Origin: Gemmatimonadota bacterium
GTDB lineage: Bacteria; Gemmatimonadota; Gemmatimonadetes; Gemmatimonadales; GWC2-71-9
Reading direction: 5' to 3'
DNA: 64,000 nucleotides
NCBI GenBank assembly: GCA_036679605.1
Contig: JAZDCZ010000102.1
Location: 18,152 to 82,151, forward strand
Part shown: in pieces, positions 40,420 through 49,082 of the stretch
Layout: every line of letters starts with the position of its first letter
How positions within the stretch are numbered: the stretch's first letter is position 1
Translations under genes and position numbers: made by a program
Notes under the pieces: model-generated
What the model was told of the DNA's origin: nothing
The model's database searches: none
What the model saw: the letters and a program-made list of their open reading frames with translations, nothing else

Positions 40420-41742
40420 ATGAACGGATCAACGGCAACTTCGACAGTCGACACGGCCGATGTAAAGGCTGGACATCGACAGTTTCTTTTCCCCTGCGCA
40501 CCACCCTACTACAGCGATCCATTGGTGCTGGTAGAGGGTCACGGCGTCGACGTGATCGACTCGGAGGGTCGTGAGTTCCTCGACTTCTTCAGTGGCATTC
40601 TCACTACATCGGTCGGGCACTGCAACCCGGAGGTCGTGGAGCGGGTGCGGGAACAGTTGGGAACATTGGGCCACGTATCGACGCTCTATATCAACCAGAA
40701 TCAGGTCGAGGCGGCGCGACGGTTGGCAAACATCGCTCCCGGCCAACTCGAGCAATCGTTCTTCACCAACAGTGGTACCGAGGCAGTAGAGACGGCGGTG
40801 ATGTTGGCATGCATGTACACAGGCCGGTCGGAAATCATGGCGCTGCGGTTGGCATATTCCGGGCGGAGCATCCTCGCCACCAACATCACGGCGCACGCAC
40901 CGTGGCGCCCGCTTCCTACATCGATGCCCGGCATCAAGCACGTACTTACTCCGTATCCCTACCGCTGCCCCTTCAAGACACCCTGCGACGAAACTTGCGT
41001 GGACGCCTTCGCAGACGATCTCGAAGAGGCGATCGTCACGACGACGAGCGGGAAGCCGGCAGCGTTCATGGCCGAGACAATCCTGGGTGTCGGCGGCTAC
41101 GTGGTGCCACCTCCCGGTTACTTCCAGCGTGCTGTGGAGATCATCCACAAGTACGGCGGCCTCTTCATCTGCGACGAGGTGCAGGCAGGATTCGGCAGAA
41201 CCGGTAGCAAGTGGTTCGGCATCGAGCACTGGGACGTGGTACCCGACATCATGGTCATGGCCAAGGGTATCGCCAACGGGATGCCCGTCGGTGCAACGAT
41301 CACTCGGCCCGAGATCGCCGAGGCTTGGACCGCGAAGACGATCTCCACGTTCGGGGGTAATCCGATCTCCATGGCCGCTGCTGCAGTCACGATGGACATA
41401 ATGCAGCGGGAGGATACTCCCAGACGTTCGCAGGAACGCGGCGACCAACTCCGCAGGGGGCTGGATGACCTTGCCGAGCAGTTCGAGTGGATCGGCGAGG
41501 TGCGCGGAATGGGCCTGATGCAAGCTCTTGAGATCGTGGAAGATCGCAACACCAAGACACCCGACGGGCAGAGAACCAAGGCCCTGCTCGAGGCTACCAA
41601 GGATGAGGGCCTACTCATCGGTGTCGGTGGCCTGAACGGAAACGTGATCAGGATGGGGCCGTCCATGCTGATCACCGAGTCCGAGGTGGATGACGCAATC
41701 TCACGGCTCGGCAGAGCCTGCCACAAAGTCGCCAAGGCTTAG
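40420..41742 (+). CDS. Class III PLP aminotransferase (AGXT2/beta-alanine transaminase-like)
   Basis: FTNSGTEA, DEVQAGFGRTG, MAKGIANG and STFGGNP motifs. Confidence 0.88.
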   Translation: MNGSTATSTVDTADVKAGHRQFLFPCAPPYYSDPLVLVEGHGVDVIDSEGREFLDFFSGILTTSVGHCNPEVVERVREQLGTLGHVSTLYINQNQVEAARRLANIAPGQLEQSFFTNSGTEAVETAVMLACMYTGRSEIMALRLAYSGRSILATNITAHAPWRPLPTSMPGIKHVLTPYPYRCPFKTPCDETCVDAFADDLEEAIVTTTSGKPAAFMAETILGVGGYVVPPPGYFQRAVEIIHKYGGLFICDEVQAGFGRTGSKWFGIEHWDVVPDIMVMAKGIANGMPVGATITRPEIAEAWTAKTISTFGGNPISMAAAAVTMDIMQREDTPRRSQERGDQLRRGLDDLAEQFEWIGEVRGMGLMQALEIVEDRNTKTPDGQRTKALLEATKDEGLLIGVGGLNGNVIRMGPSMLITESEVDDAISRLGRACHKVAKA

Positions 41743-41751
41743 GCAACGACG

Positions 41752-41886
41752 GTGCCGTGGACCTCCTGGCTGTTGCTGGTTGTGGCGGTCGGCCTAGGGC
41801 TGGCCGTAGAACTCGCCTTCCTGATGCGACAGTCGCGTGTTCAGCGAAGTGATTCCGAGGATGCGTCGGGGACCACTAGGGAATGA
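41752..41886 (+). CDS. 44-aa single-TM protein coupled to the sodium:solute symporter
   Basis: GTG start; MPWTSWLLLVVAVGLGLAVELAFLMRQSR...; its TGA overlaps the symporter ATG (ATGA). Not in the supplied ORF track. Confidence 0.65.
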   Translation: MPWTSWLLLVVAVGLGLAVELAFLMRQSRVQRSDSEDASGTTRE

Positions 41887-43361
41887 CGTCGACCACTGTA
41901 GTCGTGGTGCTGGTCATTTACGGCCTGATTCTTCTGGCAATCGGAGTCTGGGGCGGTAAGGAGTCGGACAGCGTAGCCGGATATTTTGTTGCCGGTAAAC
42001 GACTTCCATCGTGGGTCATCGCGTTCAGCTCGAACTCCACCGGTGAGAGCGCCTGGCTCCTTCTCGGCTTAACGGGAATGGGCTATGCCATAGGGATTCA
42101 CGCGCTGTGGATCGTTTTGGGAGAAGTCTTGGGTGTGACGCTCGGCTGGGTGCTCGTCGCGCTGCCCTTCAAGGAATACACGGACCGGTATGACTCCATC
42201 ACTGTACCGGACTACCTCGAATCGCGGTTCCACGACAGCAAACATGTACTGCGCATCATCAGTGCGGTGATCATCTTCAGTATGGTGACAGCCTACACGG
42301 CGGCACAGTTGAGCGCGTCAGGTAAGGCGTTCAGTTCGTTCCTCGGTATGACCTATCAGTCCGGAGTATTGATAGGAGCGGCTCTCATCTTGTTCTATAC
42401 AACGGTCGGTGGATTCAAGGCCGTTGCGTACAGCGACCTGCTGCAAGGTGTGCTCATGTTCGGAGCACTTCTCGTCCTTCCGATAGTGGGTGTCGTGGCC
42501 GCGGGCGGCTGGACCACAATGATAGATCAGCTCCGCTTCCAAGATCCGAATCTCCTGACACCCATGGGCTCGTTCGGTCTCAGTGCAGTGGGAATTGCCA
42601 GCGCGTTGGGGTTCGTCGGCATCGGGCTGGCGTTCTTGGGCGCTCCCCAACTGCTCGTACGGTTCATATCCGCAAGAGACAGCAAGCAAATCGTCGACGC
42701 CAGTCGGATAGCCGTGGTGTGCATCATCGTGTTCGACGTCGGAGCCGTTTTCTCCGGAATGGCCGGGAGAGCCCTGTTTCCCGGACTGCTCGACCCGGAG
42801 ACGATACTTCCCCAAATGAGCACCAGCCTGTTTCCCAGCATCTTCGCCGGGATCTTCTTGGTAGTGGTTCTCGCCGCCATCATGTCTACCGTCGATTCGC
42901 TGCTCATCTTGGCTTCGTCGGCCGTCGTGCGCGATGTGGTCCAGAAGATCTTCCGTCCCAAACTCTCGGAGAGGGATTTGTCGCTCTATGGGAAGGCCAC
43001 GACGGTCGTCATCGGACTGGGTGCCGTGACTCTCGCATACGGCGAGGCGCGAATGATTTTCTGGTTCGTCCTGTTCGCTTGGTCCGGCCTGGCATCGGCT
43101 TTCGCGCCGCCCGTCTTGTGTTCGTTATTCTGGAAACGCACCACGCGTGCCGGAGCAATAGCCGGCATGTTGGCCGGTTTCTCTACGGCCATAATCTGGG
43201 TGTTGGTCTTCAAGGAACGGTTTTACGATCTCTACGAGATGTTGCCCGGATTCTTCGCGGGATTTGCGGTCACGATTGGCGTGAGTCTGTTTACTGAGCC
43301 TCCGGTCGGGGCGGCGGAAGAATTCGAGGCTGTTAGGGCGGCCGTTCGCTCTGGGAGTTGA
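41883..43361 (+). CDS. Sodium:solute symporter (PutP-like)
   Basis: SGESAWLLLGLTG-like segment, GGFKAVAYSD, AAIMSTVDS and LYEMLPGF motifs. Confidence 0.9.
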   Translation: MTSTTVVVVLVIYGLILLAIGVWGGKESDSVAGYFVAGKRLPSWVIAFSSNSTGESAWLLLGLTGMGYAIGIHALWIVLGEVLGVTLGWVLVALPFKEYTDRYDSITVPDYLESRFHDSKHVLRIISAVIIFSMVTAYTAAQLSASGKAFSSFLGMTYQSGVLIGAALILFYTTVGGFKAVAYSDLLQGVLMFGALLVLPIVGVVAAGGWTTMIDQLRFQDPNLLTPMGSFGLSAVGIASALGFVGIGLAFLGAPQLLVRFISARDSKQIVDASRIAVVCIIVFDVGAVFSGMAGRALFPGLLDPETILPQMSTSLFPSIFAGIFLVVVLAAIMSTVDSLLILASSAVVRDVVQKIFRPKLSERDLSLYGKATTVVIGLGAVTLAYGEARMIFWFVLFAWSGLASAFAPPVLCSLFWKRTTRAGAIAGMLAGFSTAIIWVLVFKERFYDLYEMLPGFFAGFAVTIGVSLFTEPPVGAAEEFEAVRAAVRSGS

Positions 43362-43454
43362 GGCTTGCGGCGCCGTTTGGTAACACGCCACCCAGCATCT
43401 TGCCGAGTGTCCTGGTGGACCGTACATTTTGTTGGGATTAGTGGAGCATGCGAA

Positions 43455-43483
43455 CCCGTTACGGGAGTCGCCGAATACTAGTT
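43455..43483 (+). other. attI-like distal motif, copy 1
   Basis: CCCGTTACGGGAGTCGCCGAATACTAGTT ends in the GTT that starts the hicBA cassette; related copies at 45823, 46386 and 63865. Confidence 0.6.
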
Positions 43484-43512
43484 GCAGAGCGCAACCGAGG
43501 TAGAATCGACCT

Positions 43513-43728
43513 ATGACGAAAGAGTTCGATGTTGTTGTTGAGCGGGATGGCGATGGGTATTACGTTGCCTCGGTGCCAGCCCTGCACGGCTGCCACACCC
43601 AGGCGCGGTCACTAGATGAGCTGATGGAGCGAATCCGAGAGGCGATCGAACTTTGCCTCGAGGTTGAAGGTGTGGACACGCCAGTCCTCGATTTCGTCGG
43701 CCTGCAGAGAGTCTCAATTTCAGTATGA
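43513..43728 (+). CDS. hicB: HicB-family antitoxin (short form)
   Basis: YYVASVPALHGCHTQARSLDELMERIREAIELCL. Confidence 0.92.
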   Translation: MTKEFDVVVERDGDGYYVASVPALHGCHTQARSLDELMERIREAIELCLEVEGVDTPVLDFVGLQRVSISV

Positions 43729-43949
43729 GTCGGTTACCCAGCGTCACTGGCAAGCAGTTGCTTGCAGCGTTGGCGTGCTTGGGTTTTGAGGTCGTTCGAA
43801 CACGAGGCAGCCACCATTATCTGCGGCACTCGGATAGCCGGTCGACGGTTGTTCCCGTTCACAGCGGGGAGACCATTGGTCGCGGGCTGTTGGCAAAGAT
43901 CCTCCGCGACTCGGAAGTTAGTCGTGAGCAGTTACGGGAGCACCTGTAG
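43725..43949 (+). CDS. hicA: HicA-family toxin
   Basis: GFEVVRTRGSH, TVVPVH and GLLAKIL motifs; ATGA overlap. Confidence 0.92.
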   Translation: MSRLPSVTGKQLLAALACLGFEVVRTRGSHHYLRHSDSRSTVVPVHSGETIGRGLLAKILRDSEVSREQLREHL

Positions 43950-43959
43950 GCATGCCGCT

Positions 43960-44019
43960 CTCTAACAAATCGCTGAAGCCGACACGCTCCCCGCGCAGCT
44001 TAGCTCCTGACCGTTAGGC
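43960..44019 (+). mobile_element. Integron attC site (60 bp)
   Basis: CTCTAAC...GCTGAAGC...GCTTAGC...GTTAGGC; inverted arms with an extrahelical G. Confidence 0.85.
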
Positions 44020-44035
44020 GCACGGGATCGCCTTT

Positions 44036-44686
44036 ATGAGAAGACCACCTCTACCCGTGTGGCTTTCCGTTGATTGGCGTGACGTTCGTACCCAGGTCGT
44101 GGCGGGCATTGTCCTCCTTGCCGTCGCTTGGCTCGCTGGTCACTTCGGGTTCCTTGGTCTCAGCGGGCGTCTGTTTGCCAACTTCATGCGGGAGCCGGTT
44201 GCCGTTCCATTGGGCCTCGTCTTCTTGGCCGTCATCATGGTCGGTGTCTTGGCTCTACGCCAACTGAGCTTCCTCCCACGGCCGACCGGCGAGTGTAGTC
44301 TTGAGGTTCGACCGATGAAGTTCGAGATCGACCTGACCCGACCGATTCCGAACGTTGAGATCAGTTTCTACGCGATCAACTACCGGCCCTGGCCCGTGGT
44401 CTTACACGAGCTCAGGGTAACCCGGTTTCAGCTCGGTAGCGGTCCAGCTTTCGAGCACGTCGACCTTGTTCAAGAATTCCGCCTCGATCCGTGTGGAGCA
44501 TCCATTGTTGTGTCCCGCCGTAACCTCATGGACTCTGAGGTGCACGCGCTGGCGTCTCAAGCGCGGAACCAGCGCTCGGCTTCTCTATCCTATGTTGCGA
44601 GAGCTCGACACGGCGACCACGTGAATACGTACGGTCCCGTCGTTGCCATGGCAGTCGATGGATGGGTTACTCTTCCCGCCGCCTAA
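44036..44686 (+). CDS. Cassette-borne hypothetical membrane protein
   Basis: Two N-terminal TM segments; stop TAA lies inside GCCTAAC; cassette ends GTTAGGCG / CGCCTAAC are complementary. Confidence 0.7.
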   Translation: MRRPPLPVWLSVDWRDVRTQVVAGIVLLAVAWLAGHFGFLGLSGRLFANFMREPVAVPLGLVFLAVIMVGVLALRQLSFLPRPTGECSLEVRPMKFEIDLTRPIPNVEISFYAINYRPWPVVLHELRVTRFQLGSGPAFEHVDLVQEFRLDPCGASIVVSRRNLMDSEVHALASQARNQRSASLSYVARARHGDHVNTYGPVVAMAVDGWVTLPAA

Positions 44687-44822
44687 CCCGCACAGCGGCC
44701 GTGCGCGCCCGTTTCAAAAGAGGGCTGACGTTTGAGCGCCAGGCAGCTACCCAGGTTCACTCTTTCTCTGTGCTCCAGTCGGCGGAGGTCGTCCGCCGCT
44801 GATGTGCGAAGTCATCAGGTGC
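44681..44822 (+). mobile_element. Degenerate long attC site
   Basis: GCCTAACCCGCACAGCGG...CCGCTGATGTGCG...ATCAGGTGC; core GTT mutated; similar length to the attC at 61204. Confidence 0.55.
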
Positions 44823-44842
44823 ACGGCCCATAGGTCTGCCTT

Positions 44843-45673
44843 TTGAAACCTCGAGCGTCCCTCTCCTGCCTTGTTTGTGGCCGGGCGGCACCTTTGGGAA
44901 GTCGGCTCGCCGAAGTCCCGCTCAGGTCTTCCGGCCCGACCGCATCTTCCTACGGGTTGTGTCCGCCTCATTGGAGACTTGGCCGGCGGGGCCTGTATCT
45001 GGCTCCGTTCGGTCCGAACTCCGCTCCAGTGATTGCTGTATCGCTCAACGACGGGAAGACCCAATTACAATTCGCGCCCGTCCCGCGCGCATCCCCGAGA
45101 TCCAGCCGCCTCGCCGCACATTGGCGCGCTCAGCTGTTCCGCAGTCCACCCGTCTACTGCGCATGCGGCAGTCAGGCGCGCGAAGTCGGACATCGGATCC
45201 CATTGCTCTGTTTCCGCTTGTCAGGTCTCTCCGAGGAAGTGTCGTACTTCAGACAGAACCTCGAACCGATCTGTCGTAGCTGCAATATCGAGTGGATGGA
45301 ATTCTGTAGGCCTCTTCTGCACTGGAGCCCGGATTCCACTGAACGCCATAGAGCACGTCGGCACCGCCTACGTTCGGCGCTGTCGTCCGCTCGTCGTCTT
45401 GGTATTGCCATCGCCGTGCCTCCTCTGGCACCGAAATTCGGATGGCCTGGGATTCCTGCATTCGATCTGCGCGCCCGCATCGGTGCGGGCATTCTTGAGC
45501 CAGCCGCTTTCGTGCTCCGACCTGACTACCTCCGCCCCCGTGGCTGCTTCCTCAGTCCCTCGAACGCCGTGCGCCCCTATCGGATATCAGGCGATGCCCG
45601 CACGACTGACCGATTTGGGCCAGCGCCTAACACCCAGAACACCTGTAAGTCCTCCCCCGTCAAGCAGGCGTAG
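44843..45673 (+). CDS. Cassette ORF with an HNH-like zinc-finger nuclease motif, possibly decayed
   Basis: CACGSQAREVGHRIPL...NLEPICRSCN; lies between the degenerate attC and GCCTAAC at 45625. Confidence 0.4.
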   Translation: MKPRASLSCLVCGRAAPLGSRLAEVPLRSSGPTASSYGLCPPHWRLGRRGLYLAPFGPNSAPVIAVSLNDGKTQLQFAPVPRASPRSSRLAAHWRAQLFRSPPVYCACGSQAREVGHRIPLLCFRLSGLSEEVSYFRQNLEPICRSCNIEWMEFCRPLLHWSPDSTERHRARRHRLRSALSSARRLGIAIAVPPLAPKFGWPGIPAFDLRARIGAGILEPAAFVLRPDYLRPRGCFLSPSNAVRPYRISGDARTTDRFGPAPNTQNTCKSSPVKQA

Positions 45674-45855
45674 CTAGAGCTAGACAACACGGGTTTTCTT
45701 GTTTCCCGTTTCCGCTTCGGTTCCAGCAGCTGGACTCGGCGTGACCAACCCGGCGGACGAGTTGGGATAATCCACTACGCAGCGTGGCAATCTCCCGCAC
45801 GCGACTTCGGGTAGGACGCAAACTCGTTACGGCAGTCGCGTAATCGTGGGGTGGC

Positions 45856-45884
45856 TTGACCGGGCCCCTGGGCGGGAATAGTAT
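45856..45884 (+). promoter_or_regulatory. Sigma70-like promoter, probably leaderless transcript
   Basis: TTGACC-17 bp-TAGTAT, with the ATG 6 nt downstream. Confidence 0.6.
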
Positions 45885-45890
45885 CCCTGC

Positions 45891-46118
45891 ATGGACTACC
45901 GCAACCGCATCGTCGTCGACACCGAAATCCGCTTCGGAAAGCCGACAGTCCGTGGGACGCGAATCACGGTGGGCGACGTGCTCTCCTACCTGGCCAGCGG
46001 GATGAGCGAGGATGAAATCCTCGCCGATTTCGCGCAGCTCTCGCGCGAGGATCTTCGCGCATGCCTCGCTTTCGCCGCGGAGCGCGAGCGCAGACTGGCG
46101 AGCGTTCCCGGCAGCTGA
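45891..46118 (+). CDS. DUF433-family antitoxin-like protein
   Basis: GKPTVRGTRITVGDVLSYLASGMSEDEILADF...DLRACLAFAA. Confidence 0.9.
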   Translation: MDYRNRIVVDTEIRFGKPTVRGTRITVGDVLSYLASGMSEDEILADFAQLSREDLRACLAFAAERERRLASVPGS

Positions 46119-46440
46119 GGCGACCGCGCGGGACGCTCACGGGGGCGCGGTTGCTGCGTTTCCGCGCAGACGAAGGTGCGGGCATTCGCGGAACAGGCGG
46201 AAGCGGCCTTCTTGGAACTCGGATGAGGTTCTGAACCTGACGCGCTCGCTGCCCAACACCGACATGCAGGCGGCGGATCATGATCGCGACATGAAAGTCG
46301 CGACTCGGCTGATGTCGCTGAGAGCGACGTACCAACAACGATTATTTATGCGCGTACTGAACTGGCCGGGACTCGGCATGACCAGCCCGTTACGGGAGTG
46401 GCCGAATACTTGTCATGCGGTTCGACGAATTGGATAGATA

Positions 46441-46710
46441 ATGCCTGAGATCTCCAGGTTCTTCGGGGTCATTATCCGCATGTACGTTGAGGCGGGGGGG
46501 CCGCACCACACGCCTCACTTTCATGTCTATTATCAAGATCAAGTGGGAATCTACGGCATTGATAGGATCGAGTGTCTGGCCGGCTCCCTTCCGAGGCGTC
46601 AGGAACGTCTCGATCTGGCGTGAGCGGAGCTGCACCAAGATGAGTTGTTGTCGAACTGGCAGGCGTTGCAGGAGGGCCGTCCCCCAGCTAAGATTGAACC
46701 CCTGAAGTGA
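46441..46710 (+). pseudogene. DUF4160-family putative toxin with an internal nonsense codon
   Basis: MPEISRFFGVIIRMY...HHTPHFH; in-frame TGA at 46621-23, then AELHQDELLSNWQ...KIEPLK to the stop at 46710. Confidence 0.85.
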
Positions 46711-46720
46711 GAACTAGCCT

Positions 46721-47038
46721 ATGATTCATGAAATTTACCGAGTTGTATCGTTCGAGAAAGTGGCTCCACTTACTTTACGGGTGATGTTTGATGATGGCAC
46801 TTCCCCAGTAATCGATTTTCGTCCCGTATTGAAAGGGGAGCTATATGGACCGTTGCAAGATCCCTTGCTCTTTGAACAGGTCCGGATCGACCCAGAGGTC
46901 CATACGCTTGTTTGGCCAAGCGGTGCTGATTTTGATCCCGCGCTACTTCACAACTGGCCGGAGTCGAGCGCTGCGCTTAGGGTTCTAGCTGAGAAGTGGT
47001 CTTCCGGCAGAGGGCGCACGACGGGAGTCACCACATAA
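46721..47038 (+). CDS. DUF2442-family protein (partner of DUF4160)
   Basis: LRVMFDDG, GELYGPL and TLVWPSGADFDP motifs; stop TAA lies inside ACATAAC. Confidence 0.88.
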   Translation: MIHEIYRVVSFEKVAPLTLRVMFDDGTSPVIDFRPVLKGELYGPLQDPLLFEQVRIDPEVHTLVWPSGADFDPALLHNWPESSAALRVLAEKWSSGRGRTTGVTT

Positions 47039-47130
47039 CATCTGCAAGGCCTCCGCTGTCAAGTAGGCGCAACTAGACAAGAGGGCTAGTGATCGCGACA
47101 TGAAATTCGCGTCTCGACTGATGTCGCTGA

Positions 47131-47271
47131 GAGCCAGGGAGGTGGAGATCGTCGACGACCATTCCTGAGGAGATGGAAACAATGGTTAGAGTTCCGACCC
47201 ATCAACAGCCGACTCATCCGGGCGAGATGCTTCTCGATGAGTTTCTTGCACCGCTTGGAATCACACAGACT
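47131..47271 (+). repeat. 141-bp partial copy of the higB-higA junction (other copy 49342-49482)
   Basis: 132/141 identical by manual alignment. Confidence 0.92.
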
Positions 47272-47279
47272 AGCATCGC

Positions 47280-48782
47280 CTACTCCACGTGCCCCATGAT
47301 TTTCTTAACGCCCGGGCTGACGAGCAACGCGAACAGGCCGGCACCACCAATGATCATCGCGACGGTACGGAACAGTGTCATCGGAACAAGCGTCTCGAGC
47401 TCACCTGCTACTAGACCGGCGAACAAGTTGCCGAGCGCCGTAGCCACGAACCAGATACCCATCATCTGACCCACGCGGCGTTTTGGTGAGAGCTTGGTGA
47501 TGGACGAGAGCCCAACTGGCGAGATAGCCAGCTCGCCCACCGTATGCAGGAAGTACATCACGATCAGCCAGGCAACAGAAGCGCCGTGCTCCGGCGTCGC
47601 GTTGGCAGCGCCCCAGGCGATCACGAAGAACCCCGCCGACAGGCCCAGCAACCCGAGTCCGAACTTCACAGGAATAGAAGGATTCGCGTTCCGCTTCGCG
47701 AGCCACACCCACATCGTGCCAAACGCCGGCGCCAGAAGGATGATGAACGTCGAGTTCACCGACTGCAGGAAACCCGCAGGCATCAGCCACCCCAAGATGT
47801 TCCGGTCGGTGAGGTTCTGGGCAAACAGGTTGAGCGATGAGCCCGCCTGCTCGAACCCGGACCAGAAGATCGCAACGAGAACGAACAGCCATAGGATCAC
47901 GAGTAGTTTTTTCTTTTCGTCCGTGTCATGACCGCCGAACGCCATGAGGTATGCGAAGAACACTCCGACTATGATGAGGATGCTTGCCCCAAGCACACCG
48001 GCGACCTGAACCAGCGTAATGTCGATCGTGCCGTTGTAGACGAGGAATCCGAAGAGCCCGAGAGCGACGGCAACAGCCGCGCAGGCACCGAAGAACTTGC
48101 GGCTCAGCGCGGCCAACTGGTCGGCATCCAGCTTGGTGTCGAGGTGGCCGAGATCGCCCAGGTAGCCGGCGCCCATCCGGTATTGGATCAGGCCTAGCAC
48201 CATGCCGATACCCGCTGCGCCAAAGCCCCAGTGCCAATGGTAGCCTTCGCCGAGAAACGAGCATATGAGCGGCCCGATGAGCGCGCCGAGATTGATGCCC
48301 ATGTAGAACACCGAAAAACCGGCGTCACGACGGGCGCCCCCTTCCGGGTATAGGTCCGCGACCACTGTGCTCACGTTCGGTTTGAGCAGTCCCGTGCCCA
48401 GTACGATCAACAAGAGCCCGGCGTAGAAGCTCACCTCGAGCCCGAGAGCCATGCTGAAGTGACCGGCGGCGATAAGGCAGCCGCCAACGAATACCGCCTT
48501 GCGCTGGCCCCACAGATTGTCTGCCACCCATCCACCCGGAAGGCCCAGCAGGTACACCAGGCTGGTGTACAGACCGTAGATAGCGGCGGCCGTGCCGACA
48601 TCCAGACCCATCCCCGGGTTAGCACCCGTCGTGGCCGCGGTCATGAAGAGGATGAGCAGCGCGCGCATCCCATAGTAAGAAAACCGTTCCCACATTTCGG
48701 TGAAGAACAGCGTGGCCAAGCCACGCGGGTGCCCGAAGAACGTCTTGCCTGTCGGCGTCTGAGTCGACAAGGGGACAGTCAT
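47280..48782 (-). CDS. POT/PTR-family proton-dependent oligopeptide transporter
   Basis: FFGHPRGL, EMWERFSYYGMR, GLLKPN and FYMGINLG motifs. Confidence 0.95.
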   Translation of the reverse strand: MTVPLSTQTPTGKTFFGHPRGLATLFFTEMWERFSYYGMRALLILFMTAATTGANPGMGLDVGTAAAIYGLYTSLVYLLGLPGGWVADNLWGQRKAVFVGGCLIAAGHFSMALGLEVSFYAGLLLIVLGTGLLKPNVSTVVADLYPEGGARRDAGFSVFYMGINLGALIGPLICSFLGEGYHWHWGFGAAGIGMVLGLIQYRMGAGYLGDLGHLDTKLDADQLAALSRKFFGACAAVAVALGLFGFLVYNGTIDITLVQVAGVLGASILIIVGVFFAYLMAFGGHDTDEKKKLLVILWLFVLVAIFWSGFEQAGSSLNLFAQNLTDRNILGWLMPAGFLQSVNSTFIILLAPAFGTMWVWLAKRNANPSIPVKFGLGLLGLSAGFFVIAWGAANATPEHGASVAWLIVMYFLHTVGELAISPVGLSSITKLSPKRRVGQMMGIWFVATALGNLFAGLVAGELETLVPMTLFRTVAMIIGGAGLFALLVSPGVKKIMGHVE

Positions 48783-48844
48783 TTGTGAAATCCGTTGTTT
48801 GCGTTCATTAAGAGACGTCCTTCAGGACGAGGCTCAGGGCATTC

Positions 48845-48894
48845 ATACTGGATCTGGATCTGGATCTGGATACTGGATAGGAATTTGCTTTTCC
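48845..48894 (-). mobile_element. Possible IS91/ISCR oriIS-like remnant abutting a CTGGAT microsatellite
   Basis: Minus strand GGAAAAGCAAATTCCTATCC contains the AAATTCCTAT core of IS91-family oriIS; followed by about 5 CTGGAT units; no transposase present. Confidence 0.35.
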
Positions 48895-49052
48895 CTTGGC
48901 CCTAGTATCGCCCTTGGTACTGGAGGCGTCCAGCCCTTGGGATGAGCGTACCTGGACGGTCGGATGAGGATTTCCATCGGCTGAGCGTACTGCTCGGCCC
49001 ACCGCCGAACCGGAGCTGTTATGGACACTCTCCAAGACTCAAGAAGCTGGTG

Positions 49053-49073
49053 TTAGCACGGCCAGTGTGCTAA
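49053..49073. promoter_or_regulatory. Probable HigA operator palindrome
   Basis: TTAGCAC-N7-GTGCTAA immediately upstream of higB. Confidence 0.55.
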
Positions 49074-49082
49074 TATGCTATT

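Noticed and set aside
40429..41735. Long antisense ORFs (364 aa and 205 aa) opposite the aminotransferase, and similar shadow ORFs elsewhere
   Set aside because: Expected from GC-rich codon bias; no recognisable motifs
46621..46623. TGA recoded as Trp or Sec
   Set aside because: TGA is the normal stop of many genes here; a single TGG-to-TGA change is simpler
47173..47469. Second intact higA gene
   Set aside because: Only the first ~33 codons match; the rest is antisense to the POT transporter
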